NCBI GenBank assembly: GCA_964016885.1
Contig: OZ024745.1
Span: forward strand, 93,434,001-93,498,000
DNA: 64,000 nucleotides
Reading direction: 5' to 3'
From: Eledone cirrhosa
Lineage: Eukaryota
Positions 25,611 to 39,351 of this stretch are shown piece after piece. Position numbers and translations under genes: made by a program. The notes beneath the pieces were generated by a model, which saw nothing but the letters and a program-made list of their open reading frames with translations, was not told the origin of the DNA and did no database searches. Position 1 is the first letter of the stretch; the number at the start of each line of letters is the position of its first letter.

Positions 25611-25754
25611 GGGTGAGTGTCATTTGTACCTCTATTTTGAGTACCAACCAGTCTTTATGGGGGTTGAATGATCTCATGTTAATAATACCCCCTTCTCCTC
25701 CATGTTAATGGTGAAGTACTTTGTTTAATCCAGTTTAGGTCCCCTTTGGTCATG

Positions 25755-26063
25755 AATGATCATGTTATTTGCACCTAGAAAGTTTCCCTCCGAGGCACAA
25801 GACCGGGCAATGTTATTTGAGGAAGACTAGCAGTCACATACCAGCCTCCTCTCTTCACGCCACCAATGATGTCCAAGGGAAAGACAATGGTCAATACAGC
25901 TTGGCACCAGTGACGTCGCAACTCATTTCTACAGCTGAGTAAACTGGAGCAACGTGAAATAAAGTGTCTTGCTCAAGGACACAACACAACACCCGGTCCG
26001 AGAATCGAACTCACAACCTTTCATTTGCAAGCCCAATGCTCTAACCACTGAGCCATGTGCCTT
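25755..26063 (-). mobile_element. tRNA-derived SINE, family A
   Basis: A box tggctcagtgg, B box gttcgattc, core gtgtccttgagcaagacactttatttcac; related copies near 26460-26640, 41551-41892 and 43660-43775. Confidence 0.85.
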
Positions 26064-27552
26064 CACAGTTAAAACATTGCTAAATATCATCCAGGCCATT
26101 TGTCTCCTCTTATAGGATGACAGAAATAAATATTCCTCAGAGGAGCATTAGCCTCCTCTCCATTGAGGCATAAAGCTACCTCTCTTCCATATTGCCTTTG
26201 TTTTCTCATGGTCCCAATAGAACTCCACATATCCTCCATACATTTCTAGACATGTGTTGGGGTAGGGTTGTCTACTTCAGCACATGTCTTTCTGTTGAAG
26301 CATCTCTAATTCAGTCTCCTCATGTCTTCTCTTTCTGCTTCTGGTAGTACAAATATGTCAGGTCTCATGAGGCAATGTTTATGTTTTTTGCATGAACTCA
26401 GTTTTGTCTGCAAGCAAATATTATAGTCGCATTTTGTGTAGTACATATAAATACTATGAAGGTACAGTGGCTTAGTGGTTAGAGAGTTGGATTCACAATC
26501 ATTGGATTGCCGGAATGGGTAATGCGTTGTGTCCTTGATCAAGACATTTTATTTTGCTCTAGTTCACTCAGCTGTAGAAATAAGTTGCAATGTCACTGAT
26601 GCTGTATCAGCCTTTGCCTTTCCTGTGGTGTAGCATTAGTTGTGATAGGACAAACTTTCTAACAAAAACAAATAAGAGGCCTCATTCTGGAGGAACTTCT
26701 GAAATGACAGGCCTTAGGCCTCCCTGGTATTGGATAAAGAAGAAAGTCTTATAAATGCTGCTGTGGCAGTGATGGTAAACATCTTGCTTTTGTTAGTGGC
26801 AGGAGTAATAGTAATGGTGATGTTGCTGTTGCTGTTGGAGGAAGCTTTTATAATATTTGTCTCTATTACAATGGGGGAGGTAGTGGAGGTGTTGATGTTG
26901 GGAGTCACATTGGTGTTGTTGTCAGCTTCCCTAGTGGGAGCAGTTAGTTGTGGAGGTAGTGCTGGAAGTCATTTATTTTTCTGCAGCATTCAACCAAACA
27001 TAAGCTCATGATGACAGTGTTATTTTCACTATTTGTCATGTCATGTCATGGTTGTTGGTGTTGTTAGTGGTGGTTGTTGAGGCATTGTTGCTTATAGCTG
27101 TACTATATTTATCAGTTGTTAGAGAAGGTTTAATTTTTTCCCCTTTCTTCTAGGCAGGTGACAACCTTTGATAAATTCTTACCACTGGTTGGGTCCAACC
27201 CTTCCCTCCCTAACGTTGCCATCCACTACTCTTCTCTTTAAATGTCAACTCAACTCTGTAGTTGACATTGATTTGTATGGTTGCTTGCCAAACATCAGAC
27301 AAATATCAGTAAAATAGCTGTAGTTTCTCTAATAAGGGGAGACAAGAAGGAAAGAGTGTATAAGCTACCAGTGTCTTCCTTCTCCTTGAATATCTTTAGG
27401 AATAGACCTCAGTACTCAACTGGTACTTTATGGACCAACCACGGAAGGATGAAATGTCAAACTGCAATAATTATAATAGTAATTGTAATAATATTTTTTT
27501 TTATTGACCACAAAAGCAGTAATAATAATAATAATAATAATGGTTTCTTATA

Positions 27553-27948
27553 TAGGCACAAGGCCAGCAATTTGGGAGGAGGCGAAATTCGATTAAATCG
27601 ACTCTAGTGCATGACTGGTACTTTATTTTATCGACCCCCGTAAGGATGAAAGGCAAAGTTAACCTATGTAGGATTTGAACTTAGAACGCAAAGGGCCGCA
27701 ATTCCATGTTGTAAAGCATATTGTCCAACGCTCTACCGATACTGCCAATCCAATGGTAATAATTGTTTCTACTTTTGGCACAAGGCCAGCAATTTACCCA
27801 GTACATTACTGGTACTTTATTTTATCGACCCCATAAGGATGAAAGGCAAAGTTAACCTCGGCGGGATTTGAACTCAGATCATAAAGGGACGTAACTCTAT
27901 GCTTCAAAGCATGGCGTCCGACTCTCTACCGATACTGCCAATCCACCG
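27553..27948 (-). mobile_element. Two tandem tRNA-derived SINEs, family B (Meta/Sauria-like core)
   Basis: B box gagttcaaatcc; core gcctttcatccttacggggtcgataaaataaagtaccag; flanking (AAT)n. Confidence 0.85.
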
Positions 27949-27984
27949 TAATAATAATAATTGTAATAATAATAATGATAAATG

Positions 27985-28810
27985 TTACTTTATTCACCAC
28001 AAAGATTCACAAAAAGAAGGCATTGAGGATGATGCGGGGTGACACTGAGTTTGGGTGTGTAAAAATGTAAATAACACAAACAAAGCACATACAATTAAAA
28101 CAAAGAAAATTCTCCAATAGGGGAGACTTCTAAGGGTCACTCATTGAAAATGTCCACTAAAAGCCATAACCACCCTGACTGTTAGGGCAAATGCCCACTC
28201 TCAGTTGTTCTCCTTCACCTATGAGTATGTGCTTAGAAGAGGCCTGTTTACTGGGATCATGCTTGCCACTCTCCTCCACCTTTAAAAAAACTGGCTGAAA
28301 GGGAGCCCTTTCTTCTCTACCCTGATTTTCCTTTTCAAATGAAACTTAAAAAAAATTAATCTGCAGAGGAATGTGTCTGTCCTCACAACCTATTTCTTCA
28401 TGGCCACCAAGCAGATGAAAAATGCCAGCTCTTCCTGACTATAGTGGTTGGGAGATTTTCACGACAAGCTCAAGTTGTGGCTCAATCCATCCTTCACATG
28501 GCAACAGCTATTCCTTATAGTTCCACAAGTCAGCAATGCTTGGACACTGGACGAGTTCATGTGGAACAGTTTTGTTGCTGTACATGCATCTTGTACAGGC
28601 CCAGCTAATAGCTTATTTTGAATTAGCAATGCCCTACAGTAGCTCCTGCAGGTCAGGGATTTCTGGAAGTTATCCACTATGTTTTATCTATAGGAGCAGT
28701 ATTCGTTTTATTTGCTGGATTTAACCACTGATACCCTGTGATCGCTTGATGACATTCCCTCTGATCTTGGACTGTAGTTCCATCAAGGAGACAAGCTGGG
28801 GAAATATGTG
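27985..28810 (-). mobile_element. Decayed L1/Tx1 3' fragment
   Basis: FFKFHLKRKIRVEK and CRSYCRALLIQNKL align with FFKYHFGRRIRMER and WQCYRGALPVRDKL of 2773-4544. Confidence 0.7.
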
Positions 28811-29214
28811 TCTTTTGAACAGTAACAACAGTTATAATCGTTTTTTAATAAGATTTAAATTGATTTTTTTTCACTCAGTGAATTCACGTGTAATTCTTTT
28901 TCCCCACAACTTATCTAGAACAAAATCAATAGACTATTGACTAACACTATTAGTGAGTACATTTTACTTGAATATTTCTGTACCACCTAACTTCTGTATC
29001 AAGTAAATATTCAACTAAAATCCTCCCAATCAGTGATATTTTTTTCATGAATCATAACATCAAAATTGTATTTAATTGTTCAGAATAGCTTTGACATTGA
29101 AAAATGTAATGTTACTTTTAGTTGAAACTGCTTAAAAAAACAAATCTGCTTTGTCAATAAACAGGCTTCTCTACATGTTTTTAAAAGTAGTGAAACTTCT
29201 TTCATTATTCTCTT

Positions 29215-29597
29215 TGCAGCAAAGAGTTACGGCCCTTTATGGTCTGAGTTCAAATCCCGCCAAGGTTAACTTTGCCTTTCATCCTTACAGGGTCGATAAA
29301 ATAAAGTACCAGTAATACACTGGGATAATTGCTGGCCTTGTGCCAAAAGTAGAAACAATTATTACTCTTTACTCAAAGGCAGTGGATTAGCAGTATTGGT
29401 AGGGCGTCAAACACCATGCTTTGCAGCATAGTTATAGCCCTTTACATTCTGCGTTCAAATCCTGCTGAGGTTAATTTTGCTTCTGTCCTTACGGGGTTGA
29501 TAAAATAAAACACCAATAATGCATTGAGGTCGATTTAATCAACTTTCCTTTCCCCTTCAAATTACTGGCCTTGTGCCTAAAGTAGAAACAATTATTA
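29215..29597 (+). mobile_element. Two tandem family B SINEs
   Basis: Same B box and core; both end ggccttgtgcc(a/t)aaagtagaaacaattatt. Confidence 0.85.
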
Positions 29598-30259
29598 CTC
29601 TTTACTCTCATTAAAATAGGGAACAGCATGTTTTTAAGGCTCTACTTTGTAGGATGGCCCCCTCAACCTCCAATATAGAGTAGATTAACATGGGTAGAAT
29701 AGAAATTTGAATGTCGAGTTCTGTGACATAAATTTACCTAAGTAGAACAAACCAATGTTATTCCATAACAAATCTATAATAACCTTGCTTTGGACGAAGT
29801 ATAAAGCCAACTATCATATTGGAGTTGCCATAGTTATTTGTTTTGAACAAAGTGTGTAGCTGACAAAAGAAGCAAAAATAACTGGGAAAGCACAGTTAGC
29901 TGTAATATTTAACTCTCGATTAGTTCATACTTAGGTGTTGAATTTAAACCCATTGAAGGATATTTCCATATGTTTCATGAGTTCCATATCTGGGAAGACT
30001 ATCTGCATATATTAGACCACACAATGACATAAAACTGATGCCAAGCATATAGTTAATTTATCAAAAAGAAGACTGTAGTGAATTAAATTGACTCAGTATT
30101 TTACTAGGACTTTGTCATATTGAAGGGATGAAAGGGAAGGCTGATGAAAGTGAGATTTCATTTCAAAGTGTAGAGAAAATAAATTGAACACTGAAAGAAT
30201 CTAGGCAAGTATTCTATTGTTTCTACTGATGCTACCATTCTCCAAATTGAATTGACACA

Positions 30260-30790
30260 GTTGACCAATTAGATGCTTTTGACACCAAATGCCTACACAA
30301 AATGTTTGGCATCAGGTGGGATAATTTCATCACCAACAAAGAAGTCTGTCAACGAACTCACCAACAGCATGTGTTTAACATAATGTACAAGCATCGACTT
30401 TGCTGGTTGGGACATGTGACACAACTTGCAAGTAAGAGACATGCTAATAAGGCCATGTATTGGTACCCCTATGGCAAGTGGTGAAGTGGATATCCCAAAA
30501 TGAACTGGCAGCAGACAATCGACAGAGATCTGAAACCGGTCAAGAAAAGTTAGAATGTATTGATAGATGGAACTGACCATGGTCATTGGAGCACTTTGGC
30601 TACCTTACGAGTCTCAAGACGTGGGATGTATTGGTAGATGCAGCTGACCGTGGTCATTGGAACACTTTGGCTGCCTCATGTGTCTCAAGACATGGGATGT
30701 ATTGATAGATCTAACTGACCCTGGTCATTGGAACACTTTGGCTGTCTCATGTGTCTCGAGATGCAGGAACATCTAAGTCTTAAGTAAGAT
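30260..30790 (+). mobile_element. RTE LINE 3' end with internal about 66-bp triplication
   Basis: LDAFDTKCLHKMFGIRWDNFITNKEV...RLCWLGHV; three units 30575-30765; tail ctaagtcttaagtaag. Confidence 0.75.
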
Positions 30791-32387
30791 GAAATGCAAA
30801 GATAATCTTTAGAGGGATGAAATCAAATAATATAAAGCTAACTTGTCACCCACAATTTAACTATTAAACCTCATCAGCAAGCTATTTTTGAAACACAAAA
30901 CAGCACCACAACTGCATTTCATTAAAAATTAAAGTGGTTGCATTAGCTTTTATTTTTTATTTTATTTTTCAAGTTTTTGCAATGATTTGTACACTAGTAA
31001 AGATACTATAAACATTTGAATTAAATCTAATTTTACATTTTTTAAATTTTTTTTTGATAAATCATTAAAGGGTGTTAAGAATTAACTGAATGTTAAATAC
31101 AGAAACCATTATCATTAGTGTTATTGCTATGTGCCAGGCCAATAGAGTGGTAGAAATGGTAGACCACAAAACTAAAATATCTTAACTTATCTACTTTTGT
31201 CTCTTTGCATTTTGAGTTCCTGTCTCATGAAAGTTAACTTTGTCAGTCTTCTGACATTGATAACATCATTACAAGTCCTTAGGTGGATTCAATGGCATAA
31301 CCAGTTTAGAGTTCTGTTCTACCCATGACTTTGTTTCCTCATAACTTTCTTAGTAATGCATATTGTTTCATCATGTAGATTACACAAATTATTATTGTAC
31401 AGAAATTTCTTTTGTTAATGATTTCATTTACTGAATACTTTCGATTTATGTTTGTGGTAGGCTGAACATAAACATGGAAAATTTTTCATCAAGCTTTCCA
31501 ATTTTATGTTGATAATGACTATGAAAAAACAAGCAATTAATATAAGAAGGGTATAAAAAAAAAAGACTTAAATTATTGGCTCTACATATAGTTAATAGCC
31601 ATATGGTCAATTGGGTTTGAACAGCTGAGACTAGTTTGTGAAGTTTAACTGGCAATATGGTGCATAATCAACCGTGGCAACTGCATAATCAAGTGAACCA
31701 GAAAAACAATGTTGCAAGTTCATGTGAGTCTGGACAAATAGTTCATACTTCTAAAAGATAGTTGAAAAGAAAATAAGAATATTTCGCAAATCCCAGATAA
31801 AGCAATCACATTCAATGTCAAAGTGAAAATGTGTGTGACGTGTTGAAATGAATGCAGATGCAGGTAAATATTTAAAACAATGGAAGAGAAAAGATTAACA
31901 GAGAATGTCTAGTTTTTTTGTTTTGTTTTGTTTTTTTCATTAAGAATGAAGTGATTTCTTTCTTGGAAAGAAATCACATTTATTATAGCAAAAAACTGTT
32001 GAGCAGATCAAAAGTTCTTGTTTTATGTTTTTATGAAGTCACCAGAAAGGCAAAAGCGAATATGGAATGAAATGATGGAAGATACAAGAAATGTTGTATT
32101 GAATGTCTGAGAAATTCAATGTGTTATTATAAGGACTTCACAATGTTTTGCAAGTGAGGAAGAAACTTTCTCAGTGTCATCTTTTATACCTTTTTCATGA
32201 ACCCCCACTGTGCTTGATCAACCACCAATTATACAAAATTACTAAGTATGACTTTACTACAAACAAAAAAAATTGAGCTGTTTGCAGACACTAACAATTT
32301 TACTGAGTAAATTTTTAAAATAATGAAATAAAGATGAAAATTAAGTAAACAATGTTTTTTTTTTTTTTTTTTCCAGTAAAATACAAG

Positions 32388-32460
32388 ATGTTTTCATTAA
32401 AGTACAAGATGTTTTCCATCCTTCTCATAAGTTTATTGATGATGCTTGCCACAGCTCAAG
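32388..32460 (+). CDS. Cadherin-family gene, first coding exon (signal peptide); exon starts at 32377
   Basis: Poly-T ccag acceptor; MFSLKYKMFSILLISLLMMLATAQ; donor aag/gtactg, phase 1. Confidence 0.78.
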
Positions 32461-33539
32461 GTACTGTAACAAAGAGATATTTTTTCTTTTATTAATCAAT
32501 CAAATGTTAATGATTTATTTTATATTAGCTGAAATATATTGTCAAGTAGCTATAGTTCAAAGTAGATATTTACAACAGCTGACATAGTTAAACTTATGGT
32601 GACATATTTGTTTACATAATATGACAAAATAAGGAAACTAGGTTCTTCAGTGACATTGGATAGAAATTGAAGCAAAATTTCCATCAAGTCTCACAATACC
32701 AACTTCAAAGTACATTATACCTGAAAAACAACTCTATGGTGAAAGCTAGAATGCCTTTGAACAAAGGTTTGTTTGTTTGGGGATGACCTGGGGCTAAAAA
32801 TTAAAAACAATAAAAAATTAACTGATATATATATTTTTTTAATATATATATCATATATATAGTGGTCATGATGGTGACGCTACAAAAAGCATTTCTAAAA
32901 ACTTCCAATTAACTGGTGAAGGTAGCCATTTTCTTTTTATATAACAGGCTGAATGAGTTGGTGTGTATAACCCAACAAAACTTAAGTATCTGTGTATGTC
33001 ACTGTTGTAACTAATTGTGTATATATATATATAAGGAAAATGATAATAAAAGAAGGGTTCGAAAAGCACACCTGGTATATATATATATATAAAAAGGATT
33101 TTTACAACATGTATAAAAAAATTGATGATAGTGAAGCTTGTTTTTTCCATTCTAGGTCTTCAAAACATTTCTTATTAGGTTAAATTATCTGTTCATTAGA
33201 AATCCTGCATGCTGGTTTCCCTGAAAACAGCTTTGTTAAAATTACGATGGCTCTGAAGTGGTCATGTAGGTATCACGACAAAAAAGTACCCAGTCCATGC
33301 TGTAAAGTGGTCATGTAGGCGACATGACAAAAAGCACCCAGCACACACTGGAAATGTGGTTGCCATTAGGAAGCCATAGAAACCAAGCCAAAATCAGTTC
33401 TGTATGAGCGAATCACAGTCCTCCGACCTGATCCATCACAAAGGAATAGCCCATGCTACCCTTGCTAGCCTGGAAGATGGATGTTAAATCATGATGATGA
33501 TGAAAATGGCATGTACTGTATAACTTACTATCAGTTGCT

Positions 33540-33900
33540 GCTGTTGAAAGCATTAGTCCACACAGCTCAAATAATCATACTGAAAAGTATGGTAGTGAGG
33601 AAAGAGCCTTGTTTGACACCATTTGTTATTGCCTCTCAGTCATTCAGCATACAGATTACCATGCATTTGTTGAATTTTTGGATCATAATAATGAACCTGT
33701 TGGTGCAGCCAAATTTCTCTGTTAATCTTTCACTGGCTGTAACTTCAGTGTGACAAAAGTGAATAAATTGCCAGGTGAATAAATGTGGTGTAGAGTTCAC
33801 ATATGCTCTATTGGAAGATATGATCAGCCGTGCTAATGGAGGGCTGAAGTGGTTCTCTATGGCAATTAAAATATAGCAGTTTAGTCTTAGCTGCATTCAG
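33540..33900 (-). mobile_element. Decayed RTE (BovB-like) RT fragment; a further piece lies near 35200-35640
   Basis: KFGCTNRFIIMIQKF and TNGVKQG motifs. Confidence 0.6.
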
Positions 33901-34149
33901 GACACACTTAGTTATTTCAAGCAGTCACAAATAGAACCAAATAGTCACAAATAGTCCCAAATGATCAGAGGGATCACATTGATATAGCAGGAAAAGGTGA
34001 TTTCAGTGAACAATAGCAAGTAGAGTATTGCCTCTCCCTTCTGCTTCTCCTTTTTTTCATTATTGAATTATTTTTCTCTTGCTTTTTTTACTACCTTTCT
34101 TCACTCTTCCGGTTTATTGTTTTAATCCTTTAGTATTTACATTACTCTA

Positions 34150-34462
34150 TGATGTTGGTTAAGAGGTGCCTACTGACTGTACATAGGCAAGGCGGGTCTT
34201 CTGTATTACTGTGTAGCGCCAAACATCTCGGTCCAGTGACATTGTCTTAGAGAGCTGCAAGTGTGTAAGGTCAGAATTTATCAGATCGTCCCAGGTTTTT
34301 CTGGGTCTACCTACTCCGCAACTACCATCAATTTTGATCGCCCTGCACTTTTTTATACAGCTGTCGTCTTTCATGCGCATCACGTGGCCATACCAATGTA
34401 GTCTTCTCTCGAGTAAACAGCATCTGATCCCTCTTATTCCTAATTTCTCACGTTCATACAAT
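34150..34462 (-). mobile_element. RTE LINE C-terminal fragment
   Basis: RRLHWYGHVMRM...GRPRKTW, close to the end of ORF 54181-55575. Confidence 0.9.
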
Positions 34463-36669
34463 TTAGCAGTATTTAAATAATAGTCACCAATTTAGCAGGA
34501 ATATGTATAATGATAGTAATATCACCAAGAAGAATTATCATGATGTTGTATTCGTTTTAACTGGAAAGGTGTGTTAATAACATCACAAAACTTTACAATG
34601 TTTTTATGTAATTTATTTACAAAGATTGAGCTGAGTAGAGCTGGCATGCCAAAATAAATGAAACAAATGAATTAAGATTTCAGAAGGCACGGTCTACTAG
34701 CTGAAATGTTGGCCTGGCCATGGTTATATTGCTGTGTTACATATTGGCTAGTGATTTCACGGCGAAAGAAAAATAGTTGTTTACCTTTCCACAGTCAAAG
34801 CTGCAAGAGACAGATTTCTAGAATCGACGCGGGAATTTTTCCCTCAGGGCGTGTGTAGAGATACATTCTCCTCCGCTGGCGGCGATTGGCTGCCCAGAGC
34901 CAAACAACACACGGAGAATGTATATGAGCCTGCGGAATGTAGGTCACTACAGGTTAATAAAAAATATTTTCATTTTATGCTGTTGTTCCACAATAAATTC
35001 ATATCATTCCCTTTGTTCCACATGGACCTGAAGTAAATGTCACACCTACTTTGTACACTGAAATGGCATCTGGTTCGAGAACTTTCAGGACTTATGAAAT
35101 GTGGGTGGGAAGTCAAGCTTGTGGTTCAATGCTACCTGTGGCAGGTGGGCAATAGCATTCACATTGATTAAAGATAGATAGTTAAACACGTTATAAAAGG
35201 CTTTTGCCCTTCTCTATGGTATTTTCTGTTTTTTTGCGAGTAATGTTTGGCTATCAACACTGAGGAAAGGGATACTTTAGAGGATTGTGGATCATAGGTA
35301 GCTTTGAGTGTATTGTAGAGTTGCTTCATGTCTCACTTGTCCAAATAGGTCTAAATCTCATCTATTTTGGGGCTGAGCCAGTATTGCATCTCTTAAAGTC
35401 TTGCTGTACTGTGAATGTGGGTTGAAGCTGACTTATTTTCATGCTTGCTGATAATGGATCATTCTGGATCAATCCCTGATCTGATGAATTAGATTAGAAA
35501 TACTGATTTTTCTCAGAATATAAAGCTTAGATCTCTTTTCATTCTCATCAAACCAGTCCTAGAGGTTGCAAGTGGCTAGCATAATGTATTTTAGAGTAGT
35601 TTGGAAGACAGTGCCTTTAAAGGGTTTAGGATTAATACATGGAGATACACTATTCCTAAATGCTGGGTTTTTTTTCAGGTGGGTCTGAATCACTCTATTG
35701 TCTAGGTCTGAAGAAGTTGACTAAGGTTATATGGTCAGTCTTGATAGACTTTAGGATGGTGATAGATGTGCAAGTTCATTTTCAATGTGACCAGGGGGTG
35801 ATCTGTTTAGCTAAACTCTTTTACAATAATTGTAGTCAGTTAATTCAGTTATATACATCACCCATAAAGATGACTTTGTATCATCAAAGAAATTATTTAC
35901 CATATATATCTCATTTGAGCAGATACCTTTACATGAAACTATATAATTTGTATACTGGTGAACTGAGAATATGCTTTAATTTTTGGTATAAATACATATT
36001 GTATTAATTCTATGAGAGTTGATAATCTTTTGTACTTAAATTTTAATATCCAACAACAATCTAAAAGTTTTAGTCAACTTTGACAAGATTTTGAGTCAAT
36101 ATATTATGCTGTTAAGCCAATCCCCAACTATTCATCTGAATTGTTGCTTAACTACAGTGCTTGGTAATGAATTCCAGAAAAATAGACAAGAAAGTTGTTG
36201 ACTGGATTTAGTATAATAATCTGCAAGTTAAATTCTAATCAATAAAAAGCAAACTAACAAAAGAACTTCCATGTTACCACTTGGTCTGTAAAAGTCTCAC
36301 ATATTATTCGAGACTGTTTTAAAACATAAATCTTAGAACCTTATGCCTAAAATAAGAAAACTGATTGACTAACCCTTTAGAAAAATGAACTCACCTGGGA
36401 AAGGAACTCAACAATAACAGCAATTTGTAAAGCAGCATAACAGTATATAAAAAAAAAAGAAATCCACCTTTCATAGGTCATTGTTTCAGCACTAAAGGCA
36501 TTTCTTCTTATAGTTTCTTTAAAGCCTGGTATAAAATGTAGTCAGCTAAATGGTGAAACTATGAATCAAACTAGCTTACTGCGAATTTACAGCATTCATA
36601 ACTCAAGTTAAAATATAAATGTGTTTATAAGAAATTGAAATTTTGATAAAAATTGTTCTTGCATTTTAA

Positions 36670-36967
36670 CCGTTTAGCATTTGAACCGGTTGTAACCGGC
36701 CAGAATTCTCTCACCCCATTTTGTTCAAACCAGCTATAACCGGCCAGAATTCTCTCACCTCTTTTTGTTCAAACCGGTTGTAACTGGCCAGAATTCTCTC
36801 ACCTCTCTTTGTTCAAATTGGCCACTCATACTGACGTTATGGTTTTGTTCTTAAAATAAATGATATCAAAATCTCGTAAATTCAATATTACGTGAAATAA
36901 TTATGTGAGGTAAAGCCTTTACCATGAAAATATAATAGTAATATAGAGTAATGTAAATGCTAAAGGG
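36670..36967. mobile_element. TTAA-type (piggyBac-like) MITE with three internal about 39-bp repeats
   Basis: TTAA at both ends; TIR ccgtttagcattt/aaatgctaaaggg. Confidence 0.8.
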
Positions 36968-37043
36968 TTAAAAACATTTTTCAATTTGGAAATCATAACT
37001 GGAAAGATGTAATTCAAATTAAAAAAGTCTAAAACTGAATTAA

Positions 37044-37227
37044 CCCTTTAGCATTTAAATAAGTTGTTTCTAGCCAGAATTCTCTCACCTCTTTCTGTTC
37101 AAACTGGCTGTAACTGGCCACTCATACTGGTATTAAGGTATTGTTCTCAAAATAAATATCAAAATCTCATAAACTCAATATTATGTGAGATACAATAGTA
37201 TATATGAGTAATGTAAATGCTAAAGGG
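37044..37227. mobile_element. TTAA-type MITE, same family with a single internal unit
   Basis: TTAA-ccctttagcattta ... taaatgctaaaggg-TTAA. Confidence 0.82.
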
Positions 37228-37574
37228 TTAAAGTTTGAACTGAAATTAAGTTTCAATAGAAAAACCAATGCCAAATTTGAACCCCACAAAATTTTCTTTT
37301 ATAAAAGATTTTATGGAATTATAGTATCAATGTTTTTCTCCTATTTATTTTAGTTTATAAATATATATAAAAGATACAGTTCTATTAATTTGAATTTTGA
37401 AGAAGGAAAAAACCCCAATATTTGAGATATTTGTTGCTTATTTATATTTTACATCTTACTTTTTAGCTAGTTGCATCAAATGGTTCAGTATATATTTCCA
37501 GTTCTTTTATACTGTAAAACACATACTTCAAATGTTTGTACAAAATATTTCAATATGTATATTTTCTTTGTCAG

Positions 37575-37625
37575 ATACATCCAATATCACTAATCAGATA
37601 CAAGTAAAGGAGGACCATAACATAA
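37575..37625 (+). CDS. Cadherin-family gene, second coding exon (51 nt)
   Basis: ttttctttgtcag acceptor, gtaagt donor, phase 1-1; (D)TSNITNQIQVKEDHNI(N) contains the VxE start of a cadherin repeat. Confidence 0.78.
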
Positions 37626-37736
37626 GTAAGTGAATTTAAAACTCTCACTTTTAATAGTTCACATTAAAATGTTCATTTTGCAAGCCCTTGCTAGAAAGGA
37701 AAATGGATGTTAAATGATAATGATGAAATATATATA

Positions 37737-37812
37737 TTAGGTCATCAAGTATGAAATTTGTAAAAAAAACAAACAAAACAAATTTCTACAAATTTCATAC
37801 TTGACGACCCAA
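37737..37812. mobile_element. 76-bp Tc1/mariner-type MITE
   Basis: 26-bp TIR ttaggtcatcaagtatgaaatttgta/tacaaatttcatacttgacgacccaa flanked by TA. Confidence 0.7.
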
Positions 37813-37861
37813 TATATATATATATATATATAGTTATGTAATAAACAACAGTTATGTAATA

Positions 37862-38500
37862 AACCAGTGGTTTCTTGAAAGCAAACAAATTTGCTTTCAG
37901 TCATCAGAATAAAAAAATCCTGGTGTATTTATTGACAGTGGATTTGAAAATCATCTTGCACTGTGGAACAATTCTTTCGCGGTGATTGATTGGTTCAACA
38001 GCATATGCAGCAAGGAACATTGCCATTTTATCCAATTCGACAGCAATAATTACTACTCCTCCATCACTTTACCACTTCTCCTTAGAGCTATCAATTTCGT
38101 TAAAACACTCACAGTGGTTAAGGATTTCGAAGTTGATGTCATCCTCAATGCCTGTAAGTTGGTGATTAATTTCGACGACTCTATTTGGATTAAAAAATCT
38201 AATAGTACCCCATTCGACGTGAGTATGGGCGCCAGCGATTCTGCGGAGGTTACTGATCTTATCGGCCTTTTCCTTCTTTTCTCTATCAAAGAAGAATTCC
38301 CCAACGTGGGCAGTGGTTTGTACCATGATGACGGTCTTTTGACCATGACTAAGTGCGGCCCACATGCTTGCAACAGGTTCAGAAAAGAACTCACAGCCTT
38401 CTTTAAAGGCTTCAACCTTTCCATACAGGTTACGGCCAACCTCTCAGTCGTTAATTACCTCGACATTACCCTCAATTTATCGAATGGCTTGACATACGCC
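37862..38500 (+). mobile_element. PLE RT core fragment preceded by an inverted partial hammerhead
   Basis: IDWF..FIQFD..YYSSI, DVSMGASDSAEVTDLIG, LYHDDG, VNYLDITLNL; minus-strand CTGATGA/10-bp stem II/GAAA at 37862-37914. Confidence 0.85.
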
Positions 38501-38631
38501 ATAACATATACAATCAAATATACGTACGAGTTTAATAAATATTTGCTCTACGGTTCTTATATATTTGATATATATTTTCCTTATCGAGCCCTCTTTGGAT
38601 TTTAGTCTTCAAATTTATTATTATTACTATA

Positions 38632-38799
38632 TCGGTAGAGGGTCGGACGTTATGCTTTCCAGCATAGTTACGTCCCTTTACGATCTGAGTTCAAATCCCG
38701 CCGAGGTTGACTTTGCCTTTCATCCTTACGGGGTCGATGAAATAAAGTACCAGTAACGCACTGGGTAATTGCTGGCCTTGTGCCTAAAGTAGAAACAAT

Positions 38800-38802
<3 letters not shown>
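38632..38802 (+). mobile_element. Family B SINE
   Basis: B box and gcctttcatccttacggggtcgat core. Confidence 0.85.
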
Positions 38803-38843
<41 letters not shown>

Positions 38844-39119
38844 TATATATATAAAATTTCACTCATATATAAAAAACATATATATAAAAAAACCCTATTA
38901 TAAAGATATACATACATACACACATACGCATAAGTACGTACACATACATACACACGCACATACATATATATATATATCCATATATACACATATACACACA
39001 TATATATATACACACACATATACACACACATATATATATATATATAAATATACGTATATACATATATATATATAAATACATATATATATAAATATACGTA
39101 TATATATATATATATATAT

Positions 39120-39322
39120 TCAAATGCAAAGTATGGGTACATAAAAGATGTAGTGGAATCACAGGTAAGCTAACTAAGAATATAGATTTTATATGTGGCC
39201 GGTGCTCTGGTGGAATAAGTAGCAGCAAGTGCCCACAGAATACTAACTCATTCCATTGCACAGATGGTTCTATAGAAATAGTGGACAGCTTCCGTTACCT
39301 GGGTGATAAAATCAGCAGTGGG
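39120..39322 (+). mobile_element. Isolated internal RTE fragment
   Basis: [28 protein letters not shown]...DSFRYLGDKISSG, matching 54720-54920. Confidence 0.9.
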
Positions 39323-39351
39323 TTGCAATTCATATTCTCCGAGTGTGAAGA

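Noticed and set aside
26714-27011. Hydrophobic or mucin-like ORFs
   Set aside because: Low-complexity sequence without splice support; probably decayed retroelement
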